Below, one piece after another: positions 9,725 to 19,872 of a stretch of 64,000 bases of DNA; within the stretch, counting starts at the first letter, position 1; every line of letters starts with the position of its first letter. Source of the DNA: a virus (taxonomy: Duplodnaviria; Caudoviricetes); the IMG/VR virus record IMGVR_UViG_3300037789_000055, positions 14,819 through 78,818 of that record, one strand, 5' to 3'. Position numbers and translations under genes: made by a program. The notes below the pieces were generated by a model that saw nothing but the letters and a program-made list of their open reading frames with translations, did not search any database and was not told the origin of the DNA.

Positions 9725-10883
9725 GGTCGAAGCGGCAACAGTCGCCGAGGCTATGCGTAGTCTCGAGCAGATCCCAGAGCTGCAGCCGGAAGACGGACAG
9801 CCCCACCCGGTTGTGATCCTAGGTGTCGAGAGCGAAATGGCTCTCTACGCCAACACCACCATGGAAGAGATCCATGTCCACCCTCGAACGGGGGGTGGAG
9901 GTGGTCGAAACGGGATCATGCAGGTTCTGATCGGGGTTGCTCTGATCGCGATTGGGATCTGGAACCCCGCCTTTCTCGCATCCGTCGGGATCTCATCGAC
10001 CCAGCTGTTCCTCGCCGGGGGTTTGATGGCTCTTGGAGGCATTCTGCAGATGTTGGCCCCGAAGCCAGATGAAGACGACGAACGAACGTCGAACTATCTC
10101 GGGGCGACACAGAACACGGTGAAGATCGGGACACCCATCCCCCTTGGGTATGGGACTCGCAAAATCGGGGGCCACTACCTCTCATTTGATGTGGATGCGG
10201 TCAACGTATCGAGTGGCCCCTCAGGGCAAGCTGATGTGAGTCAGGTTGTTCTGCGAGATGGTACTGATCAGGACTATGTGACGGCTATCTCCACGAACGC
10301 GCAGAATTTCTATGCTCACACCTTCTCTCCCCTTTCAGGAGTCACTGATGGTGAGGTGATCGAGTTGACCCCTCCAGGCACCCCCTTGGTCCGGTACGTC
10401 TATATCCAAGGGGCAGAGGGTGTGAACCTCCAGCTCTCCGAACTTCAGGTCTTTGGTTTCGACCCCGGTTCAAAAACTGAGGGAGCAGATCTGACCGTGA
10501 TTTATGGCGCCGGGATGTCGGTGACCATGAGTTCTGAACCCAATCCCTCCAACGGAGGGGAGAACATTCTCGACCAGGATCCAACGACCTACGCCCAGAC
10601 TGGTGATGGGGCTATGGAGTGGATCAAGGTCGATCTTGGTCGGAACCTGGAACTGTCCTCCATCCGTCTAAAGGCAACGAACTCACTCGGGTCTCGATTG
10701 AACGGATCGGTTGTGGCCCTGTGGCATGAGCTTGGTGTCGGGGAGGTTACCACCGGGAGTCCAAACGAGAGCTTCTTCACGGAGGTCGACAAAACGACAG
10801 TACCTCTTGCGGTCGTAAACCCGGTCTACGCCTCCAACGTGGCATCCCCCTTAAACGTCCCAACCTCAGCCTGGATTGATTAA
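9663..10883 (+). CDS. Tail assembly protein (gpI-like) with an inserted discoidin/F-type-lectin-like region, 406 aa
   Basis: N-terminal IILHGYL...EAMRSL, Gly-rich hydrophobic segment and GTPIPLGYG (gpI features). The extra C-terminal region has EWIKVDLG and VRYVYIQ...LSELQVFG. Confidence 0.8.
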   Translation: MTKKKIILHGYLKDLYAAPIEVEAATVAEAMRSLEQIPELQPEDGQPHPVVILGVESEMALYANTTMEEIHVHPRTGGGGGRNGIMQVLIGVALIAIGIWNPAFLASVGISSTQLFLAGGLMALGGILQMLAPKPDEDDERTSNYLGATQNTVKIGTPIPLGYGTRKIGGHYLSFDVDAVNVSSGPSGQADVSQVVLRDGTDQDYVTAISTNAQNFYAHTFSPLSGVTDGEVIELTPPGTPLVRYVYIQGAEGVNLQLSELQVFGFDPGSKTEGADLTVIYGAGMSVTMSSEPNPSNGGENILDQDPTTYAQTGDGAMEWIKVDLGRNLELSSIRLKATNSLGSRLNGSVVALWHELGVGEVTTGSPNESFFTEVDKTTVPLAVVNPVYASNVASPLNVPTSAWID

Positions 10884-13800
10884 TGACCCAACATTCGAAG
10901 AAGATCGTCGCTGGTGCTGGTGGACTCTTTGGAGGGACTTCCGGTCCCTCCTCCATTCGAGACAACCTCATCTCTGATGACGTTGTCGAGTTCACACTCG
11001 GGATCGCTGAGGGGCCCATCGCTGGCCTGGCCCGAGGCCCACGATCCTTTTATCTGGACGACACCCCTCTGGTTGGCCCGAATGGTGACAACTTCTTTGA
11101 TCCATTCTCGATCGAGGTTTTCCATGGGGAGTCCAACCCCTCTCTGGTAAAAAACACTCTTGGGGGCACCTCATCGAACATCCAAGTCGGTGTTCAAATG
11201 GCCCAGGGTGTTCAGATTGTTCGAACCACTCCTGCCAACCTCCGCAACCAGATCGATCAGATTGATGTGCGTCTCGTCTTTCACCAACTCGCCGGCTACG
11301 ATGACCGGGGAGCTCAAACCAACTACAATGCTGAGTTTGAAATTCAGTACCGCCAAGCTGGTGAGACCACCTGGAATGACATTTTCCCCAGCACTCCAAC
11401 CATCACGCTCTATGGCAAGACGACCAGCAACTACCCGAAGGAGTTCGTGATCAACGTCCCTCGGATCGAAAACGATTGGGAGATCCGGGTCAACAAGATC
11501 CAAGAGGACAGCAATCCGGATTACACTGTCGATTTCTCCTGGGAGAGCTTCCAGTGTACCACCCAGGAAGACCGGTCGTACCCGAACCTGGCCCTGGTCA
11601 GAGGGATCGGGAAGGCCAGTGATCGGTTCTCCAGCATTCCCCAGTTCTCTGGGGTCTACGGACTCCTCTTGGTCAAGGTGCCTTCGAACTACGACCCTAT
11701 CACCCGATACTACGCTGGGATCTGGGACGGGACGTTCAAGATCGCTCACACGGACAACCCGGTCTGGGCAGTCTACGACATGATCATGAACCCTGAGACG
11801 GGACTCAAGGCATCGGACCCAGATATTGGAGCCGACCGGTTCAGTTTCTATGAAGCCGCCAAATGGTGTGACGAACTGGTACCAATCCCGAGTGGTGGCT
11901 ACCAACCGCGGTGGACGTACAACGACCTGATGACCACGGCGCGGAATGGCCTGAGCCAGATCCACCTGGTCGCTGGTTCCTTTGGTGGGATCATTGACTC
12001 CGACCGGAACGGTAATGTGGTTCTCCGGGTGGACAAACCTGGGACCATCTCGCAGATCTTCGGTGAAGAGAGCGTCGAGAATGGTATCTTCAACTACCAA
12101 CGGACAGACGTCACTGAACGCATCAACGATATCACGGTCAAGTTCATCAACACCAACCTAGGTTGGAACGAGGACGCCCGTCGAGTCTTTGATCAGGCTT
12201 TGATCGACAAGAATGGACGTCTCAATGAGACGATGACCGCGATCGGGTGTATCGACCCCCACGAGGGGCAACGTCGGGCATTTCGTCGAATGGTCCAGGC
12301 AAATACCGAACAGCTGACTGTCAGCTTCACGACGACCCGTGCCGGTATCTCCTTGGATCTCTTCCAACTCATCGGGATCGCCGATCCAGAGATGAACTGG
12401 GGACTTTCCGGCCGCGTCAGCAGCCGGGCCTTCAACACGATCACCCTGCGGGATCCTCTTATGGTCCCGGTGAACACCGATCTGACGTTTGATCTGCAGA
12501 CCCCTTCCGGGGTACATCAGTTGACGGTACGCTCCAGTGTCGCGAACACCAAGGAGCTGACCATCACCGCTGGTTCCTGGCCAGCCGATACTCCTGAGTT
12601 TGCTCAGTTCACCCTCAGCGCCACTGACATCGGATTGGTTAAGCCCTTCAGGGTTCTGCGCATCCAGCCGATGGGGAGCGGGGACGACGATCGGATCCAG
12701 ATCACTGCCCTTGAACACAACGTCAACAAGTATGGTGACATCGACAACATGGTCTCAACCGGGACCGTCACCTACGACTTCGAGCATGATCAATTTCCGC
12801 TCCCACCGGAGGTGAGCCTGGTCGAGAGTGGGGATGCCCATATCACCGTGAACGCCGACGGTACACAGAACAACCGTCTTCTGGTGAAGTGGGTTCGTGA
12901 TCCACGCTCGATGGCTCGAGAATTCGAGGTGGCCTACCGTATCAAGGAAGAACAGGATTATCAGTTCACCTCGGCTGTAGGGACGGAAGTCTATATCAGC
13001 AACGTAATCCCCGGCCGGATCTATGAGGTGAAGGTTCGAGGGATCAACACGTTTGGTCGGAAGGGGATCTTCTCCGACGTGGTTGAACACACGGTGGTAG
13101 GTCGGGTGACGACCCCTGGAGTGGTTTCTGCTCTGACAGCCACTATCCAAGGTCAGAACGTTGAAATCAGCTTCGATCCCTTGGATGATGTTGAGGTTGC
13201 AGAATACCAGATCCGCCATGGCGCCGATTGGGCCACCGGGACCTTCTTGGGTGCGACTACGTCTGACCGGTTTACGGATGCAAATCTCCAGAGCGCGACC
13301 CGAACCTACCATGTGAAGACACTCACCAAGAGTGGTCTCTACTCCAGTACCGGGGCATCCGTCACTGCTACGTTTGCTCTACCTTCAGCCCCGACTGGAT
13401 GGACGGTGGCTTCGGAAGTTCGTTCGGTCAATCTCCGAGGACCGTTGTCGACTAACCCTAACTTTCATCACTTCAACATCTACGCGGCCCTCCCGGGCCA
13501 GTCGTTTGCTCAAGCCAACTGGGTTGGCTTCACCGAAGGAGGGCAGTTCAGTTTTGTCCCGATCGGTGGTGAGAGTCTCTACTGGCTGACGGAGGTGGAT
13601 GTATGGGGTCGGGAGAGTGCCAGCAGCGCCTCCATCACAGGGAACCCGGCGCCGGTTTCTATTCCAGATCTCAGCAGTTCGGTGACGGATGCCATTGCGG
13701 CTGCTGGAGCTTCTGCAACCGCTGACGCCGCAGCTGCACAGGTAGCCGCTGACGCCGCACTGGTTGCTCAAGATGCAGCCGAGGATGCCCAGGCAACCGC

Positions 13801-16800
13801 TGAATTTGCGCAATCTCTGGCCACGGCTGCTGCAGCCGCTGCCGGGCTGTCGGAAGACTCTGCGGCCGCTGATGCTATCGCTGCACTTGGTTCTGCAAAT
13901 GCCGCTGCGAACTCTGAGAGCAATGCCGCGTCCTCTGAGACCACGGCGACTGGTGCGGCCTCTTCTGCGGCCTCTTCTGCAGTTGCCGCTGCGGCTTCTG
14001 AAAGCGATGCCGGGGACTCTGCCACTGCCGCCGCCGTTTCGGCTTCGACAGCTTCGACATTCGCTGATGATGCCTCGACATCTGCAGCTGCTTCTGAAAC
14101 AGCCCGTCTACTGGCTGAGACCGCCAGAGGGGCCGCAGAGACGGCGGAAAGCAATGCCGCGTCCTCTGAGACCACTGCAGCCGGTTCTGCCGCCTCTGCG
14201 GCCTCCTCCGCCTCTGTAGCAGCCGAGGTGACCGCACAGGCGCTGCCGTCTGATTTCCAGCGGGATGATTTCTTCTTCAGAAGTGTCGTAGCCGGTGCAC
14301 CTGATCCTGGTGTTTCGGGTCTAAATGGTTTGTGGGAGTTTGGGGATGATGCACAAGAGGGCAGAGTCCTCAAGGTTGTGAACCCCACAGGAACCTACGA
14401 GTTTTTGAAGACGGAGGGAGTCGTTTCGGCAGTTGTGGGTCGAACCTATCGTGTGACGGTTCGGGCGCGATACACTGGGTCTATCTCCACAAGTGACACC
14501 TATCATCTGTCCGTTCCGATTGCCAAGCTGGACGGCACCTACGCATCCATCGGAACGCAGTGGCTATCTCAGATCACCCTGACAACCGCATGGACTGATC
14601 ATGTGCAGGAGTGGACAACTTCGGGCACCATGCCTGCGTTCTGGCGCCCCGGTATCACGCTCAAGGATGCTGTGACCGGGACGGGCACTATTGAGATTTC
14701 CCGTTTCATTTTCGAGGATATCACAGAGAGCGCAGAAGCCTCCGTTCAGGCTGCAGCAGCCGCAAACTCTGCGGCTCTGGCTCAGGCATCCGAGGATGAT
14801 GCAGGCACCTACGCATCCGCCGCACAAACGGCACAATCCCTTGCTGAGACCGCCGAGGCGAACGCATTGGCATCCGAGGCAAGCGCCGCGTCGTCCGAGA
14901 CCACGGCTCTGGGCGCTGCCGCTTCTGCATCTGCGGCACAGTCGGTGGTGGCGCAGCTTACATACGAGCAGTTCCCGCATGACTTTGAGCACGAGGGTGA
15001 CTATTGGGGGAACGGGGCAAATGGTGATCCCGCCGCGCTAGGGGTCATCACCGGCTTCACGACCTTCCCGGTTGTAGACGGTCGTAAAGTTGCCGAGGTT
15101 ACCGCAAGCGGCTCCTCTACGCGGATCATTCGAGCTCGTGGGCTTTACCCCGCCGTCGCCGGGCGATCCTACCGTGTAACCATTCAGGTGCGTCAGACCG
15201 CAGGAACTCTGGGTAGTATCCGGGCTTGGGTTAGATCACAGGACGCGGCCTACGCAACGGTCACGGACCGCATAGAGGCGTTCACATTCACGGCTCTTAA
15301 CACATGGGAAACGATCACCAAGATTATGACGCTGCCCGATCCTGTAGGCTCAAGCGTATGGGTTGGGGCCTTCTTCTGGTGTGCCTCTTCGTCTGCAAGT
15401 GAGGTCTATCAGGTTCGTGACATTCTGTTTGAGGATGTGACCGAGAGTGAAAATGCAGCCGACTCGGCAACGGCCTCCGCAAGCAGTGCATCGACGGCAA
15501 GCATCGCGGCAGATGATGCAGAGAATTCTGCTGATGCTGCAGAGGTTTCCCGTCTTGCGGCTGTTGGTGCGCAGGGTGCTGCAGAGGCAGCGCGCGATCT
15601 TGCCGTCAGCTACCGTGACGACGCCGATGGATATGCAAGCAGTGCCCTTGCTGCTCAAACTCTGGCTGTATCGGCGGCTGATACGGTAACGGACTACATC
15701 CCGGCCCTTCATCCCATTGTTCCGCGTGAGCCTAGGGAGGCGTGGACCAACCGTTCCCAATATGCTGAATCCTCGTTGAGAAAGCCGGCATACCCCTCCA
15801 CTTATCTGCTTGTGACGGACGACGCAGAATATGGCTATGCTGCAAGGCCCTTTTTAGGAGGTAATAACACTACCGGCCACGCTGACCCCCTCCCTTGGGA
15901 CCAGGAACGTGTTTACGAGGTAGAGGTTCATTTCCGGGTGTTCGACCAAGGAACAAACCCTGCGGGCGTCAGGACGATGATTGGTGCGAGTGTGTTCCTC
16001 AGCGATCTATCGTCTGAAATCAACAACCAGCAAACTGCTGACGGCTACACCTTGATCGCGGATGGTCCGGTGGTTCAAAAGGTGTGGTTTTCCTACAGGG
16101 ATTTGACAGGGATCGGGTCGCCGGATTACCGGTATAAAGTCAATGCACCGACTGGTCAGCACGCCTATTTCCATATTCGACAAAATGCCGGGGGTTCGTC
16201 GGATGGGCAGATTTCCATCGGAAAATTTATCGTCCGCGACATCACGACTTATGTTGATGCCCTGATTTCTGAGGGTGCTGCAGCGGCGTCTGCGGCAGCG
16301 TCTGCGAGTAGTGCGTCCACGGCATCCGCCGCGTCCAGTGATGCCGGTAACTTTGCAAATGCCGCAGACGTATCTCGTATTGCAGCAGTAGGTGCTCAGG
16401 GCGCAGCCGAGGCCGCTCGTGACTTGGCAGTCTCTTATCGTGACGATGCCGATGGAGCAGCAGCCTCTGCGCTGGCCTCGTCTGTTCTTGCGGCGTCCCT
16501 AGCTAGGGAAGCTCAGTCCTACGCCAGCGGAAACCTTATTGTGGATGGTATTTTCGCAGACGACTGGGCGGATTACTGGACTGGTGATGGTAATACATCC
16601 ATTGTGGCGTATGATCACAGTAGCACTGTCCCTGACGCGGATATGTCGTTGGAGATCACCGGAACCGGTTACGCTCGTTATTTGCTGACAGGGGAATTGC
16701 AGACGGCTCTAAAAGGGCGGACTCTGAGATTTTCTGGCACGCGGAGGGTAGCAGGCACGACCTACAAAGTCGGCATTCGTTGGGCTACGATTGATACAAA

Positions 16801-18100
16801 TTCCTACCTGCGGATGCAGACCGTAACGCTGTCTGCAACAGCGGATGTTTGGGAAACGTTTGAGCGTGATTTTACCCTTACGAATAATCCAAACGAGAAA
16901 GCGACCAACATACTTTTCCAGGCGGTCCAGGGTGCTACGGATGTATCTTATCTGACAGATTTCCGGGTCGAGGATATTACTGAAACAACTGAGCTATCCG
17001 GTCGTATTTCTTCGATTGAGGCGTTGGATATCAGTGAACTCACCGGAACGGCTATAGCTACCTTCCTCGGCGAGATGGAAGTCAACGCCAGCGGAAACAG
17101 TGCAAAGGTCACAGAGTGGAGCCAGACCAAAGCTGACGTCGATGGATTCGCTTCGGCCTTTACGGGTGTGACCGCACAGGTCACCGGAGGGGCTGTCTCC
17201 GGCTTCAAGGCGACAAGTTGGGCTGACCCCGATGGATCCGGCGGTGCCACGCTGGAACTGCTCGGCGATGTGATCGCACAGGGCACGCTTTCCACGAACC
17301 GACTTACGGTTGGTCTCCAGAACAACATGATCCAGGACTCAAGGTTCATGAATGGTCTGGCAAATTGGAACTCTTGGGGTTCTGGTGGTGCGGGATCTAA
17401 CAGCTCATTGTCTGTTCGGGAACCAGGGGAGACCTGGGCCGGCCTGATCGACAACACTCTTGCGGTCTTTCAGCCTGGGACGGAAACCGATGGCTTTCGC
17501 CAGGTACAATATGCACCTGTGATAGATGACATCGGTACTCAGGCTATCGGAATCCCGGTCACCGAAGGGAAGAGATATTCGTGGTCTGCACGGGTTTCTG
17601 CACACAGATGCTCCTGCCAGATCGTCATGTCGTATTACGACGAGAGTAATGTATGGGTTGGTTCAGCAAACGGTACCTATAACGTAGGAGATGCAGGATC
17701 GAATAATGATCCTCATTCCTGGGTACTTCTGCACGTGACCGGCACGGTTCCCGTTGGGGCGTCATATGCGAAGCTTTCCCTGAAGAAATATGGGACGTCT
17801 TCGGGTGGAAACAGTTGGATGTTCATTGCGGAGCCGATGTTCGCGGAAACTCATACGGATGCAACGGAGCCGACACCCTACAGTCCTCCGGACAGTTCCT
17901 ATTTCGACGGCGGTCGTCTGTTTATCAACTCGGTGACAGCCGACAAAATGAACGTCACTGAACTATCTGCGATCACCGCCACACTTGGGACATTTCAGAC
18001 CGCGGCCACAGGGGAGCGGGTTGTCATCAGCGACGATGTTATCAAGGTGTTCGATGCTTCGAACCAGATGCGGGTCCGTATTGGGGATTTGACAGCATGA
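10883..18100 (+). CDS. Central tail fibre / host-specificity protein (gpJ-like), 2405 aa
   Basis: IAEGPIAGL, YPNLALVRG, TDNPVW and RWTYN gpJ motifs; FN3-like repeats; Ala-rich coils alternating with aromatic beta-sandwich modules; C-terminal RVRIG. Confidence 0.92.
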   Translation: MTQHSKKIVAGAGGLFGGTSGPSSIRDNLISDDVVEFTLGIAEGPIAGLARGPRSFYLDDTPLVGPNGDNFFDPFSIEVFHGESNPSLVKNTLGGTSSNIQVGVQMAQGVQIVRTTPANLRNQIDQIDVRLVFHQLAGYDDRGAQTNYNAEFEIQYRQAGETTWNDIFPSTPTITLYGKTTSNYPKEFVINVPRIENDWEIRVNKIQEDSNPDYTVDFSWESFQCTTQEDRSYPNLALVRGIGKASDRFSSIPQFSGVYGLLLVKVPSNYDPITRYYAGIWDGTFKIAHTDNPVWAVYDMIMNPETGLKASDPDIGADRFSFYEAAKWCDELVPIPSGGYQPRWTYNDLMTTARNGLSQIHLVAGSFGGIIDSDRNGNVVLRVDKPGTISQIFGEESVENGIFNYQRTDVTERINDITVKFINTNLGWNEDARRVFDQALIDKNGRLNETMTAIGCIDPHEGQRRAFRRMVQANTEQLTVSFTTTRAGISLDLFQLIGIADPEMNWGLSGRVSSRAFNTITLRDPLMVPVNTDLTFDLQTPSGVHQLTVRSSVANTKELTITAGSWPADTPEFAQFTLSATDIGLVKPFRVLRIQPMGSGDDDRIQITALEHNVNKYGDIDNMVSTGTVTYDFEHDQFPLPPEVSLVESGDAHITVNADGTQNNRLLVKWVRDPRSMAREFEVAYRIKEEQDYQFTSAVGTEVYISNVIPGRIYEVKVRGINTFGRKGIFSDVVEHTVVGRVTTPGVVSALTATIQGQNVEISFDPLDDVEVAEYQIRHGADWATGTFLGATTSDRFTDANLQSATRTYHVKTLTKSGLYSSTGASVTATFALPSAPTGWTVASEVRSVNLRGPLSTNPNFHHFNIYAALPGQSFAQANWVGFTEGGQFSFVPIGGESLYWLTEVDVWGRESASSASITGNPAPVSIPDLSSSVTDAIAAAGASATADAAAAQVAADAALVAQDAAEDAQATAEFAQSLATAAAAAAGLSEDSAAADAIAALGSANAAANSESNAASSETTATGAASSAASSAVAAAASESDAGDSATAAAVSASTASTFADDASTSAAASETARLLAETARGAAETAESNAASSETTAAGSAASAASSASVAAEVTAQALPSDFQRDDFFFRSVVAGAPDPGVSGLNGLWEFGDDAQEGRVLKVVNPTGTYEFLKTEGVVSAVVGRTYRVTVRARYTGSISTSDTYHLSVPIAKLDGTYASIGTQWLSQITLTTAWTDHVQEWTTSGTMPAFWRPGITLKDAVTGTGTIEISRFIFEDITESAEASVQAAAAANSAALAQASEDDAGTYASAAQTAQSLAETAEANALASEASAASSETTALGAAASASAAQSVVAQLTYEQFPHDFEHEGDYWGNGANGDPAALGVITGFTTFPVVDGRKVAEVTASGSSTRIIRARGLYPAVAGRSYRVTIQVRQTAGTLGSIRAWVRSQDAAYATVTDRIEAFTFTALNTWETITKIMTLPDPVGSSVWVGAFFWCASSSASEVYQVRDILFEDVTESENAADSATASASSASTASIAADDAENSADAAEVSRLAAVGAQGAAEAARDLAVSYRDDADGYASSALAAQTLAVSAADTVTDYIPALHPIVPREPREAWTNRSQYAESSLRKPAYPSTYLLVTDDAEYGYAARPFLGGNNTTGHADPLPWDQERVYEVEVHFRVFDQGTNPAGVRTMIGASVFLSDLSSEINNQQTADGYTLIADGPVVQKVWFSYRDLTGIGSPDYRYKVNAPTGQHAYFHIRQNAGGSSDGQISIGKFIVRDITTYVDALISEGAAAASAAASASSASTASAASSDAGNFANAADVSRIAAVGAQGAAEAARDLAVSYRDDADGAAASALASSVLAASLAREAQSYASGNLIVDGIFADDWADYWTGDGNTSIVAYDHSSTVPDADMSLEITGTGYARYLLTGELQTALKGRTLRFSGTRRVAGTTYKVGIRWATIDTNSYLRMQTVTLSATADVWETFERDFTLTNNPNEKATNILFQAVQGATDVSYLTDFRVEDITETTELSGRISSIEALDISELTGTAIATFLGEMEVNASGNSAKVTEWSQTKADVDGFASAFTGVTAQVTGGAVSGFKATSWADPDGSGGATLELLGDVIAQGTLSTNRLTVGLQNNMIQDSRFMNGLANWNSWGSGGAGSNSSLSVREPGETWAGLIDNTLAVFQPGTETDGFRQVQYAPVIDDIGTQAIGIPVTEGKRYSWSARVSAHRCSCQIVMSYYDESNVWVGSANGTYNVGDAGSNNDPHSWVLLHVTGTVPVGASYAKLSLKKYGTSSGGNSWMFIAEPMFAETHTDATEPTPYSPPDSSYFDGGRLFINSVTADKMNVTELSAITATLGTFQTAATGERVVISDDVIKVFDASNQMRVRIGDLTA

Positions 18101-18468
18101 GCATGGGTTTCGAGATACTCAACGCGGACGGGTCCGTGGCCCTGGATCAGGACTCCAGCCCTCCCCGGCTGATCTTCTGGGAACTGTTCCCATACGATTT
18201 CTCCGGCACTCGTTCAGTGCCGGATTTCGATGACACCAAGGGGTTCCTCGCGGTATCTTTCGGGTTGCATAAGCATAGTGGTTTTCCAAGTTTTAACAAT
18301 GTTGCTGATAGTACGGTGGGGGCCAGAGTCGATTTGGATATGACAGTCCTACCAACGGTTGACTGGAACAACACCACCAAGATCCTGACGGTCACGGCTG
18401 CAACCGATGTCAATACCCTGAACTCCGGGGCGTCCCCTTTTATTATCTACCTTGTGAGATACGCCTAA
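18097..18468 (+). CDS. Small tail-tip accessory protein, 123 aa
   Basis: Overlaps the J stop. Starts MGFEILNADG, like the small genes that follow J in T1-like phages. Confidence 0.6.
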   Translation: MSMGFEILNADGSVALDQDSSPPRLIFWELFPYDFSGTRSVPDFDDTKGFLAVSFGLHKHSGFPSFNNVADSTVGARVDLDMTVLPTVDWNNTTKILTVTAATDVNTLNSGASPFIIYLVRYA

Positions 18469-19286
18469 TGTCCTATGGAATTGAAGTAAAAAATGCTGCT
18501 GGGGAGGACATCTTCTTTGGGCCGCTTCTCTATATCAAGGAGGAATTGACGACTGCGGTGTATTCCAATATCGGGACCACGACTTTCCGACCAATACCGA
18601 GTAGGTCAGCGGCAGACCCCTTAAACGGTTGGAACTCCTGGTTTCGATGGGACACCAGTGCGATGTCCTCTTCGACCTATGACCACTATATTTTCGATGG
18701 GGTTTTCAATGACCCTGGGGATGGAACTAGCAGCAAAGTTCCAGGGCCCTATTTCTCTTCAGGAGATCTGTGTTTTGTAGAGATCCCCTCGGGAGGGATC
18801 TACGAGATGAGCCATGTCAACAACACTCTTCCGGAATACACCGCTGGAGGATTTTTCCATATGGCTACTATCGATGGGGCCTCACCGGTGAACGCGATGA
18901 TCTGCTCGACAGACTACGGGGTCGCCACTTCAGGTAACTACGGCATGCAGGTCTTCAACGAGGCCGGTGATCTGACTTTTGACAGTAGGTTCAAATACCC
19001 TCAGATCAAGGAGCACAAGTACATCGCCGCGAGTGTGTTTCTTGACATCCTGACCAACGATACAGTGCATGACATCACGCTAACTCACTCGACTCCCAAC
19101 GCAAAAATCTGCTGCCCCCACTGGTTCCATGGTCAATGGGAGGACAACGGGGAAACGGCTCGGGTTCTGCTGAGACAGATCAACAACACCACACTCCGGT
19201 TGTCCCGGATCCAGGATGCCGGGTTCACCTCCGGAACTTTTGCCAGTCGATACACCCACGACACTCCATTAATCATCGCCTCATAG
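18468..19286 (+). CDS. Tail-tip accessory / receptor-binding candidate, 272 aa
   Basis: MSYGIEVKN and internal YGMQVFNEAGDLTFDS, a repeat typical of T1 gp31/32-like tip proteins. Confidence 0.6.
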   Translation: MSYGIEVKNAAGEDIFFGPLLYIKEELTTAVYSNIGTTTFRPIPSRSAADPLNGWNSWFRWDTSAMSSSTYDHYIFDGVFNDPGDGTSSKVPGPYFSSGDLCFVEIPSGGIYEMSHVNNTLPEYTAGGFFHMATIDGASPVNAMICSTDYGVATSGNYGMQVFNEAGDLTFDSRFKYPQIKEHKYIAASVFLDILTNDTVHDITLTHSTPNAKICCPHWFHGQWEDNGETARVLLRQINNTTLRLSRIQDAGFTSGTFASRYTHDTPLIIAS

Positions 19287-19295
19287 GATCCCTCA

Positions 19296-19496
19296 ATGTC
19301 CCAAGATATCAATCATCAGTTTGCCACTGCCAAGTTCCTCCTTGGTACAAAGGATCTGGAGATCGAAACGCAGCGCCAGCTTATTGCTCAAACACAACAG
19401 GAAGTTCATCGACTTCGGGAGCGTGTCATGGAGCTTGAAAATCGCCTGCGAAATGAAACGGAAAGTGACCCTGAACAAAATCCCGAGTCGCCGTAA
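19296..19496 (+). CDS. Hypothetical coiled-coil protein, 66 aa
   Basis: Heptad-like Gln/Glu/Arg-rich ORF in operon position. Confidence 0.55.
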   Translation: MSQDINHQFATAKFLLGTKDLEIETQRQLIAQTQQEVHRLRERVMELENRLRNETESDPEQNPESP

Positions 19497-19566
19497 GTAA
19501 ACCACACTGGTTTACTATCCTCCGATAAGTTGGTCAAAACTATACCTGTAGTGGAGCCCAACTTCT

Positions 19567-19872
19567 ATGGCTGAAAAATCCCCAATCTTTTTACGAAGTA
19601 TCAGCGTTGGTAATGTCATCCAGATTGGGGTCATGATCATCGGGCTTACCGTCGGCTGGATCACCATGGACATGCGGAGCCAAGGGAACACCCAGGCTCT
19701 GCAAGCCCTAGGAACCGACATCACCAGCATCCAGGATGATATCGATGGTTTCGATGCCCGCATGAGGGTCGTCGAGACAGAGCAAGCCCGGGCGGATGAA
19801 CGGTTCGGGAGCATCCTTTCCCTCCTATCACGTATCGATGCACGTTTAGAACGGATCGAAGGGGACCGCTGA
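19567..19872 (+). CDS. Membrane-anchored coiled-coil protein (holin/XhlA-like candidate), 101 aa
   Basis: One N-terminal hydrophobic helix (VIQIGVMIIGLTVGWI) followed by a coiled coil. Confidence 0.5.
   Translation: MAEKSPIFLRSISVGNVIQIGVMIIGLTVGWITMDMRSQGNTQALQALGTDITSIQDDIDGFDARMRVVETEQARADERFGSILSLLSRIDARLERIEGDR

Noticed and set aside
19498-19527. TAAACCA-CAC-TGGTTTA inverted repeat and an antisense SD-hairpin (TATC-GGAG-GATA)
   Set aside because: The stem is weak and AT-rich, and the nearest antisense GTG starts are 11-13 nt from the SD and lead into ORFs antisense to a real gene. There is not enough support for a function.
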